Assembly (NCBI GenBank): GCA_965250285.1
Contig: OZ252299.1
Coordinates: forward strand, 3,072,001-3,136,000
Origin: Myxococcota bacterium
Lineage (GTDB): Bacteria > Myxococcota_A > UBA9160 > UBA4427
Length of the DNA: 64,000 nt
Direction: 5' to 3'
Shown here: positions 58,901-64,000 of the stretch, one piece after another
How positions within the stretch are numbered: the first letter of the stretch is position 1
Layout of the letters: each line of letters begins with the position of its first letter
Position numbers and translations under genes: made by a program
Notes under the pieces: generated by a model
The model's input: the letters and a program-made list of their open reading frames with translations, nothing else
Databases searched by the model: none
What the model was told of the DNA's origin: nothing

Positions 58901-59100
58901 TCGAGTTCGAAGCCGTCGACGACCCAGGGTGCAAGCGGCGCTCGCAGGGGCTCGGGCGCGTCGGCTCGAGCCGGCGCCCCTCCCAGGACGAGACTTGTCC
59001 AGATCACGCCGGCGGTGAAGACGAACGCACGGCGAGACACCGCCGCGCAATGTGCGCGGCGCCACTCGATGCTCCCCTCCTGGGCGGCTCGATCGGACAC
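55954..59100 (-). CDS. Membrane-anchored Hanks-type Ser/Thr kinase with TPR-like repeats
   Basis: C-terminal kinase: GRGGMG, VALK, HRDIKTAN, DFGLA, GTPYYMSPE. N-terminal signal SRRAF..ARA, one internal TM, helical repeats. Start uncertain (59040-59196). Confidence 0.9.
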   Translation of the reverse strand: MSDRAAQEGSIEWRRAHCAAVSRRAFVFTAGVIWTSLVLGGAPARADAPEPLRAPLAPWVVDGFELDAAEGVPEGLRRSALTDLEERARFLDASLPATGLGGGLSNDERLARRAAALEAGALFEAAGDHEAARAAIERGVALSRDRDDVTLATWRALARARLRSGDADGASAALLAALDGLPGPEVEPIAFIETSGRLHRDLAVVYALQGRERDLADALAKAWTLADNDLAWTDWERQLSLGPRPSPLPAAAGPVEWPDRPRTGAWGAAMTSWQQLTIDVPALAEARRFVEEQGTRRIALGLLAVAVILALLVLLRQRGDLAVAIEYPDELRGVFRVRVASSAGRWRRVQPLTREAIRKGGLSSRTEHHLVNRETHFQRLRTRRYWVSVEGMLFDPESDEVLADVAEEQVVRVRHRRTVRIEFDVRPETCPVDVVLSWGEKPAEDAVVVAPEVPDSLVRSEGSRARLWLGKGAHRLVVGCGDRVVEREVEVASYRPTPVLLDLAGADVLFKGCPPAVEPYLRGDIEETAKALERDGQAQRGYRLLAELHRSRGELSRAADYYESSGLGLEAARLRAKLEDYERAATLFMENDQPLDAARMYEQAGALVHAGSAFEEAHEVDRAIECYREAGEVDKWISALERRGRVFEAAQVALENGRRPRAIRLLQCIPSEDQDYAEASSQLADAFEVEGHFDLAAKKLEDFIATFPMGQGPSDKYARLATLFENAGHIERAISVLEELRRQEPTYPNVASRIEVLRKQLSGEGRGGRATQTLLPMEGAPTEFVVESRYELIEEIGRGGMGVVFEARDRRLDRVVALKRLPEDLRRHHPRALQLFLREAQSLAKLNHPNIVTVHDTDQEDGAFFITMELLHGEPFNRILKERDRLTSENVIGIGRQVTAGLQYAHERGVIHRDIKTANLFLTTDRVVKIMDFGLAKVFEEMRGKTTVVSGTPYYMSPEQVLGGDIDHRTDLYSLGVTLFELVTGRVPFDQGDIAYHHRHTAPPDPREIVPDLDEALADLILRLLAKDREDRPESAQSVLDQLRGIAL

Positions 59101-59361
59101 ATCGGCTCCGGACTCGCCCCGCATCGGCCCGCGCGAAATCGACCGCGGGGGCCGGCGAGGGCGGCGCTTCGAGGATAGCGCCGGCCCGGCGGTCACCGGA
59201 ACCGCTGAACGAGCCGAACGAGCGTTCCGATCGAATTCCAGGCGAATCTAGGGTCGTCCCGAGCCCTCGTTGCCGATGGACTGCACACCCCCCTCGCCCG
59301 GCGAGTGCGGCGGCGACCGGCGCGCGACGCACGCCCGGATCGCCGGGCCCGCCCGCGTCGG

Positions 59362-60414
59362 TCAGTCGGCCTCGACCAGCCCGATCTCGGCGAGTCGCTC
59401 GGCCAGAAATGCACCCGCCGTGATGGGCGGATACGGCGGCGTGCCCGAGGGCGGCACGAACTCGGCGCGCACGGACAGATCGCACTCGGGTCGCGGGTGC
59501 GCGAAGAACGGATACGCCGTGCGTCGCCGGGTGGCCTGATCGGCGCGGACGACGACGCGGTGCGTGGTCGCGGGGAGTCGGCCCCCAGTCACACGCTCGA
59601 GCATGTCACCCACGTCGGCGATGATCTCACCCGGCTCGCCCCCGACCGACCGCCAGCCCCCGATGTCGCCGGGCGCAACGTCGGGCAGGTGAATCTCGAG
59701 CCCCTCTTCGTGCGCGACGGGCAGCAGCGTGACGAGGTTGATGTCCTCATGCGGCGCGGCCCGCACCGCGAAGCCTTCGCCCTCGGCTTCGGCCTCGCGG
59801 GCGAACAAGGCCGCTTCGAGCGGCGGGTAGTCGAGCGCGCGGAGAATGCTGTTGCCACCGCGGACCATGTCAGCGAGCGCGCCGGTCGGCAGGCCGAAGC
59901 CGTGCTCGACCCCACGCAGCACTGTGACCGAAGCGCGCTCGAGCCCATCGAAGAGCGCGAGCGCGGCGCGCTTCAGCTCGACATCGCCATCGGGGAAGAC
60001 GTTCGCCGGCAAGCGACCGGCCTCGGGGCCTTCGGGTGCGGGCTGGCCGACGTGGAAGAACGCCTTGAGGTCGGGGCGGTCCCGATCCTTCGCATGCTCG
60101 AGGCCGAAGGGCGTGTAGCCGCGCTGCCCGCCCTCTACGCCCGCGCAGCGCTCGCGCACGGCCTCGGGCGCGTCGAAGAACGCACGAAAGGCCCGGTCGA
60201 CGCGGTCGAGCAGTGCGGGCGCAATGCCGTGCCCCTGCAAGCGAACGAAGCCGAAGCGAATGAAGCCGTCGCACAGCACGCGCACGGCGGCCTCGCGCTC
60301 GGCCGCGCTGCCCTGTTCGATGGCGTCGAGGTCGAGGCACGGCACGCCATGCCAGAGCCCGTCTTCCGTGCCGTCGCCCATCGTCGGCCGCGCCCCCCCG
60401 GCTGCGCCCGCCAT
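59362..60414 (-). CDS. Isopenicillin N synthase-family 2OG-Fe(II) oxygenase
   Basis: GFVRLQGHGI, RGYTPFG.E, HEDINLVT (HxD), HRVV, PFFAHP; start may be 60381. Confidence 0.88.
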   Translation of the reverse strand: MAGAAGGARPTMGDGTEDGLWHGVPCLDLDAIEQGSAAEREAAVRVLCDGFIRFGFVRLQGHGIAPALLDRVDRAFRAFFDAPEAVRERCAGVEGGQRGYTPFGLEHAKDRDRPDLKAFFHVGQPAPEGPEAGRLPANVFPDGDVELKRAALALFDGLERASVTVLRGVEHGFGLPTGALADMVRGGNSILRALDYPPLEAALFAREAEAEGEGFAVRAAPHEDINLVTLLPVAHEEGLEIHLPDVAPGDIGGWRSVGGEPGEIIADVGDMLERVTGGRLPATTHRVVVRADQATRRRTAYPFFAHPRPECDLSVRAEFVPPSGTPPYPPITAGAFLAERLAEIGLVEAD

Positions 60415-60473
60415 AGCGTCGGCGCGCGCGTCGCATCGGTCGTGTCGGGGCGCGGGCCGCTCGGCCCGGCACC

Positions 60474-61367
60474 CTAGACGTCGAGATCGACGAGACTGAG
60501 AGAGAGAGCGTAGCTCTTGAACCGGAGCGTTCCGGCGACGGCGGCTGCGGCGTACGCCGTCTGCTCGTCGAGTGACTCGGTGAGCACGATGCCGCGGACG
60601 TCCTCACCGCTCTTCGCCAGGTGCTTCCGCACCCAGCCGAGGCGGTGGAGCGACTCGGCGACGATGTCGCCCGGGTGGCCCGGCTCGACCACGATCACGG
60701 CGACGAGCACACCGGCCTCGTCCCGCGCGAGCAGGTCGATCACCCCGACATCGGTCGGATGATCCACACCGATTTCGCTGCCGCTCTCGTCGGTCAACAC
60801 CTCGAGTCCCGGCTCGATCAGCTCGGGATGCTGCGAGATGATCGCGCGCACGGTGTCGGTGCTCGGCAAGAGCCCACTGCCGCTCCCGTGGCGAGCGCCG
60901 CGCGCACTGGATGCCGCCTTGGCACGCCGGGGCCGACCGGAGGACGCGCCGCGCTTGCGAGACGCCGCGCCCTCGGGCCGCGGCCGGGCAGCGCGCGGTT
61001 CGCGGGCCGACCCACGCACCGATTTGCGCGCGGGCTTCGCGGTGGATCGGTCGCGCTTCGCGTCCGGCGTCTCGCCGTGCGTGCTCCTGCGTCGCTTCTT
61101 CGGTCGGGCGGGCCGTTCGGGAGCGACCGCGTCCTCGAGGGAGAGCTCGGCCTCGTCTTCGAGGTCGATCTCGGCGTCGGGCGCATCGGTGTAGGGATCG
61201 GCGAGCGTCGAGGGGCCGAGCGCGTTCTCGTCGCTCGAGTCGGCGTCGAAGACGCCGCTCGCGCCCGGGTCGTCGATGAACGACTCCCCGGGCCCGACCT
61301 GCTGGCCGCAGTTCGGGCAGCTCGACGAGCGAGAGGGGATCGGTGTGTTGCAGCGCCGGCAGTTCAT
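60474..61367 (-). CDS. Zn-ribbon + low-complexity linker + NucS-like (PD-(D/E)XK fold) domain
   Basis: MNCRRC..CPNCG after a GAGGA RBS; C-terminus PELIEPGL..TDVGVIDLLARD..GWVRKHL..VRGIVL. Confidence 0.75.
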   Translation of the reverse strand: MNCRRCNTPIPSRSSSCPNCGQQVGPGESFIDDPGASGVFDADSSDENALGPSTLADPYTDAPDAEIDLEDEAELSLEDAVAPERPARPKKRRRSTHGETPDAKRDRSTAKPARKSVRGSAREPRAARPRPEGAASRKRGASSGRPRRAKAASSARGARHGSGSGLLPSTDTVRAIISQHPELIEPGLEVLTDESGSEIGVDHPTDVGVIDLLARDEAGVLVAVIVVEPGHPGDIVAESLHRLGWVRKHLAKSGEDVRGIVLTESLDEQTAYAAAAVAGTLRFKSYALSLSLVDLDV

Positions 61368-61518
61368 CGGATCCTCGTACTGGGACGCAGGGGCCCGTCC
61401 TTCGCATCGGCCGACCTGGCGCGGGGATTGAGCCTCGCCCGAGGGGCCGTCTGCGCGCGCACAGCGACCGGCAAGCCAAGCGCAACCGGGCCGCACCGCA
61501 ACACCGATGTGCGTCGGG

Positions 61519-64000
61519 TCACCGCGTCGGCGCGCTGGCTTCGGTCGGGGTCGAGCGGCCGAGGACCCGTCGCGCAGCGCGCTTCAGCGCATCGCTCGCG
61601 TCATCGATCAGGATGTAGAAGACCGGCACGACGAGCAGGGTCAGCACCGTCGAGGAGATCATGCCCGACGCCGTCGCCACGGCCATCGGGCGACGGCTCT
61701 CGGCGCCTGGACCGAAGCCGACCGCGGCCGGCAACACGCCGAAGATCATCGAGATCGCGGTCATGAGCACGGGCCGCATGCGCACGGGCGCGGCGCGGCG
61801 CATCGCTTCGACCTTGTCGAGGCCGCTCTCGCGTAGCTGGTTGGCGTAGTCGACGAGCAGGATCGAGTTCTTCGTGACCAGACCGAAGAGCAGGATCACG
61901 CCGATCAGGCTGAACATGTTGAGCGTCTGGCCCGTGGCGAGCAGTCCGCCGAGCGCGCCGACCATCGAGAGCGGCAGCGCCAGCATCACCGTGAACGGAT
62001 GCACGAGGCTCTCGAACTGCGCGGCCAGAACCATGTAGATGACGAGGATCGCGAGCCCCATCGCCGCGCCGAACTCGGCCGCGCCCTCTTCCATGGCCTC
62101 GGCCTGTCCCGAGAGCGCGAGCTGAACGCCGTCGGGGAGGATCTCGTCGGCGATCTCGCGCGCATCGGCCACCGCCGGGCCGAGCGCCTTGCCGTCCAGA
62201 TTGGCCGACACCGTCACACTGCGCTGTCGGCCGCTCCGCGTGATCGCGGAGGGGGCGGCGCCCGTCTCGACCTTCACGAGGTTGCGCAGCTCGACCACGC
62301 CGCCGTCGTTCGTCCGCACGTAGAGGCCGCCGACCTCGTCGGGGTTGCTGCGACTCTCGGCCTCGACCTGCACGCGCACGTCGTAGCGGCGGCCCGCATC
62401 CTTGAAGACCGCGACGTCCTGGCCGCCCATCGTCAGGCGGATCGCGTCGGCGATGCGGCGCGCATCGACCCCGAGCGCCGCGGCCTTCTCGCGATCGGGG
62501 GTGACCCGCAGCTCGGGCAGACCGAGCTTCAGGCTCTTCGTGAGGTCGACGAAGCCGCCGCGCTGTTCGAGCCCTTCGATCATCTGGTCGGAGAGCGCAT
62601 CGAGGTCGGAGAGCGCGAGGTTGCCCCGGATCTCGACGCTGAAGCCGCCGTCGCGACCCGACATCATCTCGCTCGGATCCTTGAGGCCAATGCGCCGCCC
62701 CGGCACCTGCTTGAGCGCGTCGCGCCCCGCTTGAATCAGCTCGAACACGGAGCGCTCGCGCTCGGCCCGCTTGTGCAGCGTGCCGAAGACCATCGCGCGG
62801 TTGCTCTGCGACAGATCGCTGTCGCCCGAGCTGCCCGCGGCCGCGAAGATGCCCGCCACCTCGGGCTGATCGAGGAACCACGATTCGTCGCGCTGCAGAT
62901 ACTCGAGCGTCGCTTCGAGCGAGGTGCCGGGCGGCGCCTCGATCGAGGCGAAGAAGAGCCCCTGATCGGTCGGCGGAAAGAACTCCCCCTGCAGCTGCGA
63001 GCCGAAGAACACCGCCAGGCCGAAGGAGGCGAGCGTGAGCATCACCGTCCAAGTGCGATGCCCGAGCGTCCACGCGAGGGCCCGTGCATAGCCGCGCTCG
63101 ACGGCGTCGAAGCCGCGCTCGAGCCGATGATAGATGCTCCCGTGCGCGCGCTCGGCGGGCGGCGGCATGCGCGCCGCGAGCATCGGCGTGAGCGTGAGCG
63201 CGACGAACAGCGAGATCATCACCGAGCTCGCCACGACGAGACCGAACTCGCCCAGGAAGCTGCCGACCGGCCCCTCGGCGAAGACCGCGGGCACGAACAC
63301 CGCTGCGACCGAGATCGTCGCGGCGGTGGCCGCGAACGCGATCTCGCGGGTGCCGTTGGCCGCCGCGTCGCGGGCCGACTCGCCCTGCTCGCGGTGTCGC
63401 TCGATGTTCTCGAGCACGACGATGGCGTCGTCGATCACGACCCCGACGGCGAGGGTCATCGCGAGCAGCGTCATGGTGTTGAGCGTGAAGCCGGCCACCC
63501 AGACGACGCCGAACGTCGCGATGAGCGAGATCGGGATCGCCAATGCGACGATGAGCGTCGGCCGCGTGCGCCGAAGGAAGACGAAGACGGTGAACACGGC
63601 GAGCAGCGCCCCGAAGACGAGCGCGAACTCGGTCTCGGCCACCGCCTCGCGCACACCCTCGGAGAAGTCGACGAAGCCCTCCTCGGGATAGATCTCGATG
63701 CCCTCGGGCAGGTTCGGCCGCATCTCATCGAGCCGAGCGAGCACCTCATCGACGATCCCGACGGTGTTCGTCCCCGCCTGTTTGCGAATCCCGAACCCGA
63801 CGGTCGGCTGACCGTTGTAGTGCGCGATCGTCGTCTCGTCCTCGCTGCCATCCTCGACGCGCGCCACGTCGCGCAGCAGAACGGGGGCGCCCCCCTCGTG
63901 CGATACGACGAGGCGCTCGAGCTCGGCCGTCGTGCGAAACTCGGCGTCGGTGCGCACTGCGTAGTCGACGCGGTCGCTCTCGACGACGCCGCCGGGCACT
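61519..64000 (-). CDS. RND efflux permease (AcrB/MdtB family), 5'-partial
   Basis: GVVIDDAIVVLEN, LTPML, AAQFES, GLVTKNSILLVD, RMRPVLMT. Confidence 0.93.
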   Translation of the reverse strand, partial: VPGGVVESDRVDYAVRTDAEFRTTAELERLVVSHEGGAPVLLRDVARVEDGSEDETTIAHYNGQPTVGFGIRKQAGTNTVGIVDEVLARLDEMRPNLPEGIEIYPEEGFVDFSEGVREAVAETEFALVFGALLAVFTVFVFLRRTRPTLIVALAIPISLIATFGVVWVAGFTLNTMTLLAMTLAVGVVIDDAIVVLENIERHREQGESARDAAANGTREIAFAATAATISVAAVFVPAVFAEGPVGSFLGEFGLVVASSVMISLFVALTLTPMLAARMPPPAERAHGSIYHRLERGFDAVERGYARALAWTLGHRTWTVMLTLASFGLAVFFGSQLQGEFFPPTDQGLFFASIEAPPGTSLEATLEYLQRDESWFLDQPEVAGIFAAAGSSGDSDLSQSNRAMVFGTLHKRAERERSVFELIQAGRDALKQVPGRRIGLKDPSEMMSGRDGGFSVEIRGNLALSDLDALSDQMIEGLEQRGGFVDLTKSLKLGLPELRVTPDREKAAALGVDARRIADAIRLTMGGQDVAVFKDAGRRYDVRVQVEAESRSNPDEVGGLYVRTNDGGVVELRNLVKVETGAAPSAITRSGRQRSVTVSANLDGKALGPAVADAREIADEILPDGVQLALSGQAEAMEEGAAEFGAAMGLAILVIYMVLAAQFESLVHPFTVMLALPLSMVGALGGLLATGQTLNMFSLIGVILLFGLVTKNSILLVDYANQLRESGLDKVEAMRRAAPVRMRPVLMTAISMIFGVLPAAVGFGPGAESRRPMAVATASGMISSTVLTLLVVPVFYILIDDASDALKRAARRVLGRSTPTEASAPTR

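Noticed and set aside
56914..59178. 754-aa + strand ORF
   Set aside because: Antisense shadow of the kinase.
1..64000. Prophage, IS, integron, CRISPR or defence island
   Set aside because: No integrase, transposase, phage structural or cas genes and no repeat-spacer array. polB and the NucS-like gene sit in ordinary chromosomal context.

Overview
High-GC (roughly two-thirds G+C by eye), gene-dense chromosomal window from a diderm bacterium (outer-membrane beta-barrel, RND pump, lipoprotein ApbE). A Na+-NQR operon suggests a marine or saline lifestyle, and a Myxococcota/Deltaproteobacteria-like lineage is a guess. 1-31 kb is a lipid/steroid/aromatic-acid catabolic region: fused IorAB, three LLM/F420-type oxidoreductases, two acyl-CoA dehydrogenase pairs, SDR, an HMG-CoA-synthase-like/DUF35 fusion, two crotonases, P450, two acyl-CoA ligases, CoA transferase, a ferritin-like di-iron protein and amidohydrolases. 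It is interrupted by polB and ends in an orphan E2. 32.6-39.8 kb is a complete nqrABCDEF-apbE-nqrM operon. It converges on the best candidate for a poorly described system: a four-gene operon behind a Fur-box-like site, encoding an outer-membrane beta-barrel, an FMN-binding protein with a non-canonical flavinylation motif, a His-bearing 4-TM membrane protein and a second, divergent ApbE. 44-64 kb holds mixed genes (second di-iron protein + NnrU, HupE/UreJ, hydrolases, thiolase, rsmE, apaG), two or three candidate small RNAs, a membrane Ser/Thr kinase upstream of a short FliA-like sigma factor, a Zn-ribbon/pseudo-NucS protein and a partial RND permease. No rRNA, tRNA, CRISPR array, transposase or integrase was seen. 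All calls come from motif recognition by eye; no searches were run.
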